Under the pieces are notes generated by a model. It was given only the letters and a program-made list of their open reading frames with translations. It was not told the DNA's origin and ran no database searches. Positions 11,086 to 23,890 of a DNA stretch of 64,000 nt are shown here, in pieces. Origin of the DNA: the human T2T-CHM13v2.0 reference genome, Homo sapiens. The position numbers and the translations under genes are program-made. Location: NCBI RefSeq assembly GCF_009914755.1, contig NC_060925.1. One strand, written 5' to 3'. Within the stretch, counting starts at the first letter, position 1. Each line of letters starts with the position of its first letter.

Positions 11086-14000
11086 GGAGAAGACAAGATG
11101 TTTATTGGTGCTTCTCCTTGCACCTCTATTTATGAAAGCATTCAAAATTGCTTTGCTGATATGAAAGATTAATTTATTGCTTTCTCTGACGTAAGCTTAT
11201 AATTTATTTAAATCTAAATTGTGCAAAGACAATCCAACCTTCGATGAACTTTTAAAATGAAGTTGTTTGAGGTCCGGTTTTCCTAGATACAAAGGATACA
11301 TTTCTCAGGAATATTTTAATAATGGTTTAATGAAATAGCGTCACTTAATTCTTATGTTTTATATAAGATATTTTAATTAAGATGTGCCAAAACAGTTGAA
11401 GACAATAATTAACACAGGAAAACTACTTCAAATATATCTAACATACATAAAACCAATTTTAAACATGTAGACATTTATGTTTCATAGTTTACAAAAGTGA
11501 TGGTCATGTGAAAGAAAGTGTAATGTAATTAAATTTTCACTTTAGTTTAGGAGAATAGTATCTATAATATTGAAATCTTTGTCTAAAAATGCTCAGTACC
11601 AAGTAAAATTAAATATCTGTAAAATTATCTCAAATATCTTAATATTGTCTGCAAAGCAAAAGGTGATTAACTCTGCATATCATTTTTATTTTTAAATTCT
11701 AACTTGTAAAGCGTAGTAAAATTTTCCTGTGCAACACACACATATATTGTCATGCAATGTAATATTTATTCAAAAACTTAGAGAGATTCATCTTTTATTC
11801 CTTGAGGCAGAAAAATGAATTATTTGAACTAAAAGAAAAATGGACATGTGCTCCTGTATGAGGAATATTTAACCCCATGTCTCTGAGGGTGTTTCTGTTT
11901 AAATTACATCACTACAGTTAAACATATATAATATACCATGGTAATTGTGAAACACAAAATTCATACCTACTGAACCATTTCCTTGATAATTTTTCTCTTT
12001 GTACCCCTATATATGAAATTCTAAATTCTCTTACAGATATTAGAGATTAATTTATTAATTTGTCTGCCAAACCTGAGTTTATAATTTATTCAAATCAAAA
12101 TCAATATTACTATATATTACTTTGTTGTCTTTCAGAGATCAGTAATTATCTGTGAGAGTATAGTATTTAGTTTTAGGATTATTATACATATAGTTAATCA
12201 TAATCTTTAATTAGGTGCAGAAAATTGTGTAGTTTTAAATTCATATATTTGGCTGCATTAGTTAAAAGGCGCTAGGCATTATTTTGTTCAGGTACTTTAG
12301 GAAAATATCACAAATGATTACTTTGGAGGATGATAATTGAGTAGGCACAGTGTGAAGACAATCAGAACAGTAGTAATAGAAACTAGAAGGGCCTCCCTAT
12401 AAAGGGAGAGTATGAGGGACTGCCTGGAGATCATGCTTGGTCATAGTGCCCTGGGAAGACTCCCTAACTACACAAAAGGTACACACTTACGAAATTACAT
12501 AATTACTGAAATGACAGTAAATTCAAAGAGAAATGAATTGCATTCTATGACAAAATGCATATGAAGTCGAGCATCCTATCCAACAGGGAAAGGGGGCTTC
12601 TTTATATTAATTCAAGCATCAATAGCATTTAGGGTACTCTTTCCTTTTATTATTTATTTAAGGTTTGCTATTTTTTTTCTTTCTGATATACTCTATAATT
12701 TGTCTAACATACAAAGAAAGATTATACAGTTTTCTACCTCTTTGACTATGAATTATTTATATCATTTTACAAACAATTTAAATTACAACTGACAGCTGCT
12801 AAATTACATAGATATATCTTGATAGAAACAAAATGCTCCTTGAAATAAATGACATACTTAGATGTATTTCTTTTTCAATACAAACATATGTTTTGTAGTA
12901 CTTTTCGTATAATCTTATCTGTTAAACTTGAGCAAGTAGAAGTGCCTTTTATTATAGTAGTAGAAATACTTGTATTTTGTGAAATTCTCATACATTGATG
13001 AAAGTATCATAGTTGTCTATTATTTTTATTATAATCTTTCTATTCTAGCATAAGGCTAAGCCCAATATCTGTGCTCAGTTAATTACTGTTAATTTTTTGT
13101 TGATAGGTAAAATTTGTAAATTCAATTTTGGTTTTATTTTTAGAAAACAAGTTTCTCAATGTCTGTGGTTAATTGCGTTATACTTGTCTTAAAATAAGTT
13201 TATGATAACACTGATGTATAATACATAATTAATATTTTACTTCAGCTTGAGTGGAAAAATGAAAATCATTATATAGTTTAAACATTGTTTTGGTAGTCTT
13301 GATTAACTGACATCTTGCCATTATCACAATTACAATAGTAACAGTAAAATTTTTGCAAAAAGTTACAATTTATATTTTCAACTATAATTATTCCTGTGGT
13401 TTAATAGGTTTTACTACCTCTCCCTGAACTGAAAGAGAAACTCACTAATAAAAAGTTTGCAGTGATTAATTAGAAACCTGTTGTAACCCATCTTTTGAAG
13501 ACAGATAAATTGTCTTTTCATTTTCCTCAAGATAAAGTTTTATAGTAATTTATTTTTTCTTCCATGGCAATTCATGGCTTGGAAAGTTACTTTTCTTGTT
13601 TTAATATAGTTCAAGTTTACAGATAAAAATAAAAAGTTCAATTTGGTTTTATATATGTGTATATATGTGTATGCATATACACAAACACACAGACACACAC
13701 ACATATATATATTTATTTATTTATAGAGATATCCATTTATGTAGAATAAACTCACCAAGCTTATGTTCTGTTAACTTGCCAGAATATCTGAGAGCAAAGA
13801 ATGTCCAGTGCTCCCTAAAACTTTTCACAAAGTCATTCACTGGAAGAGGGTCTTTAGGAAATGAGTTATGGTGCTAAAGAAAAAATGTGAGCAGCAAATC
13901 CTCTCTCAAATCTCTACCTATATTTATATCCATATGGTCATTAATAAGAAGGATTCCAGTTGTCTTTCTCATCATCAGTCTTAAGTAATTATATCTAAAT

Positions 14001-14347
14001 TTAAATGTAAAGCCCTTTTAAATTATTTTCAAGCTTTTCTGTTTTTCAAAATTATGGTGTCAGATGGTAAATTCATTACACTTACATGGAGAATACATTA
14101 TAAACGTTAATTACTGTATTTTGCTTTACATGAAACCAAAGGTTTTGCATGCCTTGGTTGATATATAATGGCACTTCAGTGATGAAAAAGATAATTATAC
14201 AAATCTGCTGGCCCCGACCTCAACGTCTGCACTGAATTATTTTTCTAGATACAATACCATGTAAATACAAACAAACAAAGCAAACACATCAGGTATGATA
14301 TTGAAAAAAACAAAGAAAACAAAAGACAAAAAATAGACACCTTCCAA

Positions 14348-14411
14348 ATATTTTATTCTCTCTAAAGAATACTTTATTCTCTCCCAAAACATTTGGGAGA
14401 GAATAAAATAT
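14348..14411. repeat. Perfect 16-bp inverted repeat (3-nt loop) plus a direct copy of the arm
   Basis: TTTATTCTCTCCCAAA (14373-14388) - ACA - TTTGGGAGAGAATAAA (14392-14407); ATATTTTATTCTCTC (14348-14362) is the exact reverse complement of 14397-14411. Confidence 0.95.
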
Positions 14412-15399
14412 GTTTCTTGGTTGGATCACAAATTACAGTTCAAGTATCTTGTCCCAATGCCTAAAATAACTTTTTTTTGAAATTTTTATTTATATGTACT
14501 CTTGACAAAATTGTCAAAATCAAACACATAACTCATTAAAGACAAGGACTCAAATTGTGTATACTGATTTAATCTCAATAGGTGTGTTACTAATTTAATG
14601 TTCACTTCATCATCTACATAAGCTTTTTAAAGTGGCTAACATCAAGAATAAAATAAAATATGAGACAAATTTCTTGAAAGAATTATATTATGTGAAGCCA
14701 ATCTTGCTTTTCTTCGAAACAAACTGGTATTTTAGTGAGACTTTCCACATATTTCACATTGAAAAACTGACTTTATAAAGGCAAATGTTTTGACATTTAA
14801 AATATGATCAGGAAGAGATGTGGGTAATTCACTGAGCATTCTGTGTCTCAGGTTTTTCTCTGTAAAATCAGAACATTAAGTAAAATTATCTTATGTTTTT
14901 TTGCCAGCACTCTTCCAATTATGGAACAGACCAATTGAGTAGCTCTAGGAAATCCAAATTGTTTCTCAGTTTTCTCTTTTGCAAATCCCTGTTCCATCAA
15001 TGTCAAAAACATTTTGTGAAGATAATTATGATTAAATAAGTGTTAACAATTTTTTAATGCCTAAAGATGTGATAGGAAATGGTAACAAAATTATTTTCTA
15101 TAAATTTATTTATAATTTTTATACTTATAAGTTAATTATGTTATTTAACTTTTTAATATAAAACAATAACTCCAAATATATTTTTCCATTTTACTCAGTA
15201 AATTTAATGCTATTTAATAACAACCATGTTCTGTTTGTTATGCTAGTTATCTCCATTTGCCCCCAAAACAATGTATCTAGAAATACAGTGATACAAGAAC
15301 AATTTATTTCTTCAACAAGAAGAATGATCTACTGTTTGTATCAACTGTTTACTGTCTATAATCACTTAATTTTCCATCTATGTTTCTCATGCAAATTAA

Positions 15400-16602
15400 A
15401 GTTAATTTCCAACAGTTTATTTCTGGGCCAGACCTCTCTCCTGTATTTCAGATTCATATGTCCAAATACCTATTTAACATCTCCAATTAAATATTTAATG
15501 GATAGCTTATATTTAATATAACCACAACTGTCAACATTTTCACCTGTATCATCCACCATTTTACTAAGATAATTCCATTTTTGCAGTTGTTCAGTCTAAT
15601 AAATTTAGAGTCATGCATAATTCTTCTTAAGCATTCAATAATCAATCAATCTATGGGGGAATCTTGTTAATGCAAAACTATGTACAATCTATTTTTTGTC
15701 CCTCTACATCTCCATCTACCCCCATGTTTCAAACTACCATCATCTCTTACTTAGATAATGTCATATTTTTCAACTTTCACACTGGCCCACCTCAATCGAT
15801 TATCAACAAAGAAACCAAAGTGCTGATGATATTATTCAATCGGTACTCCCTACTTACTTTCCATCTCACTCAAAGTAAAATCCAAGATTCCTGGAAAAAC
15901 TCATAAGTTCTTCTCCACAATCTGACATAGCGCATGTCTCATTTCCTCTCTGCCATCACTCTTGAGATTTTTCCTTCACTTGGTCCACTGAAGCCTCAGC
16001 CTTGCTTTTCAAATTTTCCAGACTTGCTACCCTGTACTCGTTTCCTATGAGTGCAATGTTCTTTCTGATATCCACATGTCTCACCAATTTTCCTTGTAGT
16101 ACTCTCTACTTACTTTCCATCTCACTCAAAGTAAAATCCAAGAATCTTACGATGACTCATAAGTTCCTCTCCACAATCTGACATAGCCCATGTCTCATTT
16201 GCTCTCTGCTATCACTGGAGATTTTTCCTTCATTTGGTCCACTGAAGCCTCAGCCTTGGTTTTCAAATTTTCCAGACTTGCTTCCCTGTACTCATTTCCT
16301 ATGAGTGCAATGTCCTTTCTGAAAGCCACATGTCTCACCAATTTACCTTGTTCATCATTTTGTTCAAATGTTTTCTCAAATTGTTGCCTTCCTTAATCAT
16401 ATTACTAGAAATATTCCAAGCACTCCCTGTTTTTCTTCCCTGCTTCATTTTCCTCCTTAGAATCATCTAATATCCTGTATATTTTTACTAAAACATAGTT
16501 TATTGTTTCTCTCACCCACCAGAATATAAATTCTATGAGACTAGAAATTTTTAACTATCATGCTTACCTCTAATGCCAGAACCGAGATCAGTGCCTGGCA
16601 CT
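15400..16602 (+). mobile_element. LINE-2 relic (3' region)
   Basis: L2-like motifs ccagacctctctcctg...tccaaatacctattt and a 3' end ctcacccaccagaatataaattctatgag...cagtgcctggcac. Confidence 0.75.
15843..16351. repeat. Tandem duplication, 2 copies of ~255 bp (15843-16097, 16099-16351), ~91% identical
   Basis: Both copies begin GTACTC(C/T)CTACTTACTTTCCATCTCACTCAAAGTAAAATCCAAGA and end CACATGTCTCACCAATTT(T/A)CCTTGT; about 21 substitutions and one 2-nt indel by manual alignment. Confidence 0.97.
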
Positions 16603-17254
16603 GAAACAAAGAGAGATTATTCTAATTATTTTTCTTTTAAAATTCTTCTGTTGATTACTAGAACTGCAAAACTCATCTCAATAAAAAGTCTATGGCAGTT
16701 AAAATTATATTCATATTGCTTTTTCTTCTTAGTCACTTACAGTGATTTCTAATATAACAAAATCATTTTAAATGTGTATTAGAATATGGATATACTTTCT
16801 GTAGCAGCCCGAAAAGAAATAGAAAAATATCACAGTTTGAAACCATATAGGTCGTTTTGGTTGTTTTGTAATTTTTATTCTTAAAAGACATTACATTATT
16901 ATAAAGACATTGTAAACTTTACCCATAAAGCTTGCAGAATGTTGTGCATTAATTCGTAGGATCAGAATTAACAATAAAACTCAAGCACCATATTTGTCTA
17001 GAAAAACCACCTCTCAGCTAACCAGTGAACATGGATATAAATAGACCCTGAAATCTGCTCTTGGTTAATTCACTGACTTAAAGCACTGTGACAGATAAAA
17101 CAAGTTAAACATAATTAAGAAGGCTAGCATATTATCTGGGATTCTAGTGCAAAAGAAATATGAAGATAACCTCAAGAGGATGACCTAGGAGGAAGACAAG
17201 ACTCTAGCCAGGATTTTGAGTGCTTACTTTATAAAGCTGTCTGTAACATCTGTA

Positions 17255-17697
17255 GCAGCAATGTTCACAATAGCAAAGACTTGGAACCAACCCAAATGCC
17301 CATCAATGATAGACTGGATAAAGAAAATGTGGTACACATACACCATGGAATACTATGCTGCCATAAAAAAGGATGAGTTCCTGTTCTTTGCAGGGACATG
17401 GATGAAACTGGAAACCATCATTCTCAGCAAACTAACACATGAACAGAAAATCAAACACCGCATGTTTTCCCTCATAAGTGGGAGTTGAAGAATGAGAACA
17501 CATGGACACAGAGAGGGGAACATCACACACTAGGGCCTGTCAGGGGGTGTGGGTCTAGGGGAGGGATAGCATTTGCAGAAATACCTAATGTAGACGACAG
17601 GTTGATGGGTGCAGCAAACCACCATGGCACGTGTATATATGTAACAAACCTGCACATTCTCCACATGTATCCCAGAACTTAAAGTATAATTTTAAAA
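17255..17697 (+). mobile_element. 5'-truncated LINE-1 3' end (L1PA7/8-like)
   Basis: ORF2 C-terminus AMFTIAKTWNQPKCPSMIDWIKKMW...; 3'UTR ending tatcccagaacttaaagtataat. Confidence 0.93.
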
Positions 17698-18469
17698 AGC
17701 CATCTTTAGAAGAACTTATGAATGGTAATATTATCAGAAGATAAGCCTAAAAAGCTTAAATGTCTTAAATTCATTTTTAGTTGTATTGTATGTTATATAC
17801 TCTGGGGAAAGAAGGATGGAGATCATGTAAAATGGACTAACGATTTTCCTTCTCTGCCTCAAACACTTTTTGTCAGCATTATCACAATAAGTATAGTTAG
17901 TTGTATGTTGTGCTAAACACATTAAAGTCTTCTTATTAATACCCATTTTAACCTTATGTGGTAGGTTTTATTGTCAGTATAAATCTAGGTTAAACTTTTT
18001 AACCAGAGTAGATGATGGTTTCAGGGCCAACACTAGTCTGTTGTCCTCCTAAGCCCTCTTGAATATTATAGTATATTCTTCCCATGGGAGTCCAAGAAAA
18101 GCCTGGAAAAAACAAGGGATCAAGGGAATGGAGGAAGATGTTTTGTGGGAAGAAGATATATGAGTTGTACTTGAGTATAAATCATGCATAGTGGTGTGCT
18201 ATGAAGTCTCTCCACACATGACCGAGTTTACCTCATAGAGCCTTCAACAAAATTTCATATCTGATTTTCTTTGAAGTAGTCTGAGTATTAAAGAAAAGAA
18301 TGGAAATTTGATCCAGGGTTAATTGCAGAGATAACCAGAGATGGCTATAAAAATACTATAACTATTTTTAAGCTAGACAGCTATTTGTCTTTTAATATAA
18401 ACTCAGTAATTGATATGCCTAAACATTCTGTCCAATATCAGTGAATATTTTTCTGACTTATGATTTATT

Positions 18470-18597
18470 ATTTTAACTGACAGATAAAATTCTATACATT
18501 ATATGTCTTAAATTATATATACATGTGGAATGACTGAATCTAGCTAATAGAAATATGCATTACCTCACATACTTGTCATTTATGTGGTGAGAACACA
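18470..18597 (-). mobile_element. Short L1M 3'-end fragment
   Basis: ttaactgacagataaaatt...tgcattacctcacatacttgtcatttatgtggtgagaacac, typical of a reversed L1MA terminus. Confidence 0.6.
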
Positions 18598-18819
18598 AGT
18601 GTTTTAAATATGTTTGCCAAATTTCAGTTAAAAAACAGAATTAAATTTAAAATGCCTATAATTCACAATGTGGCCATAAAAATTAATCGGATCAAATGGA
18701 TCAAAGCCATTCAAATATATCCTTATTAACTGTTCTTGATATGGTAAAATGTAGCTCATATTGTTTCAGAATTTGATTTTTTAGATGTGGTTATAATTCT
18801 GCCATACAAAGAAAGCTGC

Positions 18820-18950
18820 ATGGTTGAGAGAGATTTCAATTCCAAACTTGCAGTACAAAAACAACACTGCCACTTACCAGCCCTGCCACAACTTGGAAAT
18901 CACTTAAGCTTTCTGAGCTCCATTATATTCATCTAGGAAGTAGGATCAAT
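18820..18950 (+). mobile_element. MIR relic
   Basis: ctgccacttaccagc...ttggaaatcacttaagctttctgagctc resembles the MIR core. Confidence 0.5.
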
Positions 18951-20339
18951 GCACAAAATATTTTCAGTGAATGCAGAGTAGGAGATGACAAAAAGAGCCA
19001 TGCTCTAATTCCACTCCACATGAACACTTAAGATATTTCTCTCCAGAAATCACCTGTAGACAATAGAAAAATAAATTCATACCCACTTAGTTAACTGTGT
19101 GAGAATGTAAATTTAAAGCATTTTTGACTAGGGAAACTTTATCATAATAAAATGCTTTAATTTCCCTGCGCATGAAATATTTCCCCCAAGGAATGTATCT
19201 ATTAATGGCATGCTATGATTAATTAATTGGTTCTGGGAACTATTATACCATATTAGTCACTTTCACATTAGTGTTCCCAAGAGTGGTGAATAAATAAGAC
19301 AGTCACTGCACTTCTACATGTCCATTTTCTGCCAAGACGTTTTGCTGATGTGCAGTTTCTGTGCAGTTTCCCACAGTGTACTTCTCGGCTGACTTAGTTC
19401 AAGCTTTGTTAGTTTAATGCTTAGAAAAGCCTCATGTTCTTGCAGAAAATCTTTTGCTCTCATTACTTTTTTGTGATATTATGGACAACAATTTCCCTAG
19501 GGAGCATGGCAATTGATCCCAGCAGGATTATTTACGGTGACATGGTGGCACTGTTGCCAATGGGGGCATTGTCAAAGGGTAGGCTCCTTCAATGTCAATT
19601 TTAACCCAGCAGCAAATTCTGCAGTACTAAATAATTCTGTCTATTTTCTTTCTAGTCAGGTAACTGCTGTCAAATTAAAGAGGTCTTCAAAACTCACAGC
19701 ACAGTTTTGCTTTTTCATTACTACATCTGCAATTTGATTGGTGTTATATATTTTCTTGCATGAATGAACATCAATTAAAGGAGATGAACATTTATAGGAA
19801 ATTTATTCAACTAGAGAGGGTTGCAATTTTTACATGTCAACCATCTGAATTCATATTGCAGTGATATTTTTGGAAAACAAGAACTTGTAGATTAAATAAG
19901 TTTTATTAGTATTTCAAATAAAATAAAATAATTTTCTTAAAATATTAAAGCAAAATCACTGATATATGCCTATTAAAATATTAAATTAAGTAAATATGGT
20001 ATTACTACTAAAATAACTTACATTTCTGACACGTCACTTACATTTTAATTCAGCCTTCCTAATAATCCAACTATATACCACATATTGTTATGATGAGGTA
20101 ACTAATCCTCAGAGATACAGATAACCTTTTCGAATTAGTGTATATATTAAGTTTATGATGGAAGTTTTTGACACTACATTTAACATTTTTTTTCTATGCT
20201 ACGTTGGTCCTTTCCCTTCAAAAGCTCTTGAAGAACATTGAAAGAAGGCAACGGCCTTCATCTGCATTTCAACCATCAAAGCAACCATCACCCTTGTTCA
20301 CATACCTATCGTGAGACAAAAAGAAATACTTACATTAAT

Positions 20340-20858
20340 TTCTAACATCATCTCACAGAGTTAATATTTTATTTGTGAACATTTTACATCCACTGTCAGC
20401 ATTTTTCAAGAATACAATATATTGGTAACTAAAGTCACCATGTTGTACCATAGATCTCTTAAAATTTTATTCCTCCTATCTAACTGTAGTTTTCTATCCT
20501 TTGATGAACATCTTTCAAATCTCATTTCCAACCACTCCAACCTCTGGTAATTACCCTTCTACTGTCTACTTATATAAGTTAAACTCTTTTAGATTCCACA
20601 TATGACAGAGTTTATGTGGTATTTGTCTTCCTGTGGCTGGATTTTTGACTTAACGTAATGTCTTCCAAGTTCACACTTGTCACAAATGCCAGAATTTCCT
20701 TCTTTTCTGTGGTTGAATAGTATTCCATTGTGTATATATGTCATGTTTTCTTTATCCATTAACCTGTTCATGGACACAGGTTGACTCCAGATCTTGGCTA
20801 CTGTGAATAGTGCTACAATAAACATGGGAGTGTGGATATCTCTTCAATACACTGGTTT

Positions 20859-20941
<83 letters not shown>

Positions 20942-21440
20942 ACACTCAGTAGTGAGATTGCTGGATCATATGATAGTTCAATTTTAAATTTGTGAGAAAA
21001 CTTTATACTGTTTCCACAAAGGCGGGACTAATTTACATTCCTACCAACAGTGTGCTAGTTCCTTTTTCTCCATACCCTAACCAACAATTTTTTTGGATTT
21101 TTTATAATAACCATTCTAACAGATATGAAGTGATAGCTCATTGTGGCTTTAATATGAATTTCCATGATGATGTTGAGCATTTTTTTCCATAGCCTTGTTG
21201 GCCATTTATATTTTCTTTTGAGAAATGTCTGTCCAGATATTTTGCTTTCGTTTTAATTAGGTTGTTTGTTTTCCTTATGTATTTTAGATATTAATCATCA
21301 CAGAATTAATAACAATGTAAGGTAATGCATATGTTAATAAGCTAGATTCAGTCACCACACAATATATATATATTTCAAAAATATCATGTACAAAATAAAT
21401 ACCTGCAAATTTATCTTTCAATTACAGTATTAAAATAAAA
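20340..21440. mobile_element. L1MA-class element: antisense block ~20340-21290 followed by sense extreme 3' end ~21295-21440
   Basis: Minus-strand ORF2-end peptide MFIVALFTVAKIWSQP; then sense gtaaggtaatgcatatgttaataagctagattcagtcacc...caattacagtattaaaataaaa. Confidence 0.75.
20863..20938. repeat. Compound microsatellite (CT)20(AT)18
   Basis: Perfect runs 20863-20902 and 20903-20938. Confidence 0.97.
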
Positions 21441-22905
21441 TATTATCATAATGGATATCAAAATATATGAAGTGAATTATGTGACCCCCAACATCTCTTT
21501 TACATTTTCAGTTAGTTATGGATGAAGTTAGTGTCAAGGCTGATGTTTCTAGTTCCCTACCATTGTATGCTTAATACACTCCAGTTTCTCACTCGTCCTT
21601 TTAATAAGCAATTATAAAAAGTAAAACAAACAAAAAAACTTTTACTGTAATATGATCATCTCTCAAAATTATTGATTATTTGAAGGAGTGTCTCTATGTA
21701 TAGAGTACAATATTTAATTATTTTCTCATAATTCTTCATTTTGTACTCACTGATTCAGCTAAGCCACATGAATCTACACTTTCTTTTCTAGTTTACATTT
21801 CATAATGCCTATATTTTACCTGTGAAAAATATCAACAATATTTGCTCATAAAATTTTGTAAAATGAAATTCAGATTATTATTTTCTATAAATAAAATTTA
21901 GAAGCTTTTTTAAACCGGAGTATTCAGATTTTTACAAACAACAGATGCACAATATTTTAAATGTTGGTAAAATATAAATAATATTAGTGTTTATTCTGTT
22001 TCAGGTTATTAGGCAATATTTGCTAGTTGATAAACTGACTTTTAATTTACTAATTAGAAATAAATTGAGTCTCAGAGATCAATGTACTCTCCCCTTCTTG
22101 GATGAGATTAACATTGATAGCCTAATAAATGTTATCTCATATATAGGCACACACAACACAACTAAAACCTCACCAAAATGATTGTTTTCCACCTTCTGTG
22201 ATTGACCTTGTTTATAAACTTCGTATCTACAGCAATTAGAAAACATTTTTTTCTAATGTTTCCTTTATTGCTTTATTTCTCTGGTTTTGACTTGGGAGAC
22301 GATATTAAACAGGGTTATAGTTTTCCTAAAATTAAGATAAAAATAATTGTAAGTTAAAGGAAAATGCAAAAAAAAAAATGACAACATTAGGATCAATTTG
22401 GTTCTTAAAGAAGGGTTTGATGTAATGGAAAATTAAGCTGAAGTACGCTCAGTAATTCAGTATAGTCTCAATTCTTAAATAAAATAATAAAACAATATCA
22501 ACTTAGAGAAATAAAAAAATTATAAGATGTAAAAAGAAATTTTAAAACAAAAGTTCCAATATTTAACTATTCCTGAGAATTCAATATGAGAAGTTCCAAA
22601 GATAATTGAAATATTAATTTATGAAAATTCAGCAATATGTAAATATGTCTTGGTATAAAGTGCTGAGATTTTAATAGTACTGTCTACAGGATAATTAGTT
22701 ATTAGCTAATTAATTCCTTGCTAGTATTAATTATCATGTTGCAAGTAAATACTCTTGATAGACCCTGTGGATCTGCTAAGGTTAAGATATTGTTCTTGCA
22801 CCGAAGGACAGCTAATAAACCTAAGTATAAGTAAAGCTGAATTACTTTTAAATATAACAAGGATTTTTTATTCCACATTATTCCTGACCATTAAAATAGA
22901 AACTA

Positions 22906-23045
22906 TCCTAATGCTAAATGACGAGTTAATGGGTGCAGCACACCAACATGGCACATGTATACATATGTAACAAACCTGCACATTGTGCACATGTACCCTA
23001 AAACTTAAAGTATAATAATAATAAAATAAAAAATAAAAAATAAAT
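22906..23045 (+). mobile_element. Extremely 5'-truncated L1 (L1PA4-like, ~105 bp plus A-tail) with 13-bp TSD
   Basis: cctaatgctaaatgacgagttaatggg...cttaaagtataataataat; TSD AAAATAGAAACTA at 22893-22905 and 23046-23058; TT|AAAA site. Confidence 0.95.
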
Positions 23046-23105
23046 AAAATAGAAACTAAAGTCTAATCAATTTGGTTAAAAATGTATTTGCTGGTGTGTC
23101 CTAAG

Positions 23106-23316
23106 ACATCTACAACTATCTGATATTTGACACACTTGACAAAAACAAGTAATGGGGACAGGATTTCCTATCCAATAAATGAAGCTGAGATAATTGGTTA
23201 GCCACGTGCAGAAAATTGAAATTGGACACTTTCCTTACATCATATACAAAAATTAACTCAAGATGGATTAAAGACTTAAATGTAAAACTCAAAACTACAG
23301 AACTTCTGGAAGACAA
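23106..23316 (+). mobile_element. Isolated internal L1 ORF2 fragment, no tail
   Basis: acatctacaactatctgatatttgac...aaaaattaactcaagatggattaaagacttaaatgtaaaac matches the ORF2 YNYLIFDK...[13 protein letters not shown] region. Confidence 0.88.
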
Positions 23317-23647
23317 TGTTTTCCAAACATTGGTTTATATTCAAAATGAGATGTTTCTGTGGCATTCCTTCATCTGATGAAATTTTCTCACCCTGCAAAT
23401 TATATTTGTTAGTTGTTTACTGAGTAGATAAATCTAATAGCAAATAATGAGAAAACATTATTACCCCTTAAGTTGGTTAGGATTTTGGGGAGATGTAAAC
23501 AAAATGGAGGGCAAATTTATAAAATTTTAAACAAACTTTCTAAATGCCTAAATACTAAAAGATAGTGTGTGTATAAATCACAATGTACCTGTTACCATAT
23601 GACTTAGGACCAATCTAAACTGGGTCAGTACCAAAAAGAGCGAACTA

Positions 23648-23890
<243 letters not shown>

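Noticed and set aside
15207-16396. ORFs of 68-104 aa in the L2/duplication region
   Set aside because: They lie in or beside decayed L2 sequence, have low-complexity composition and no recognisable domain.
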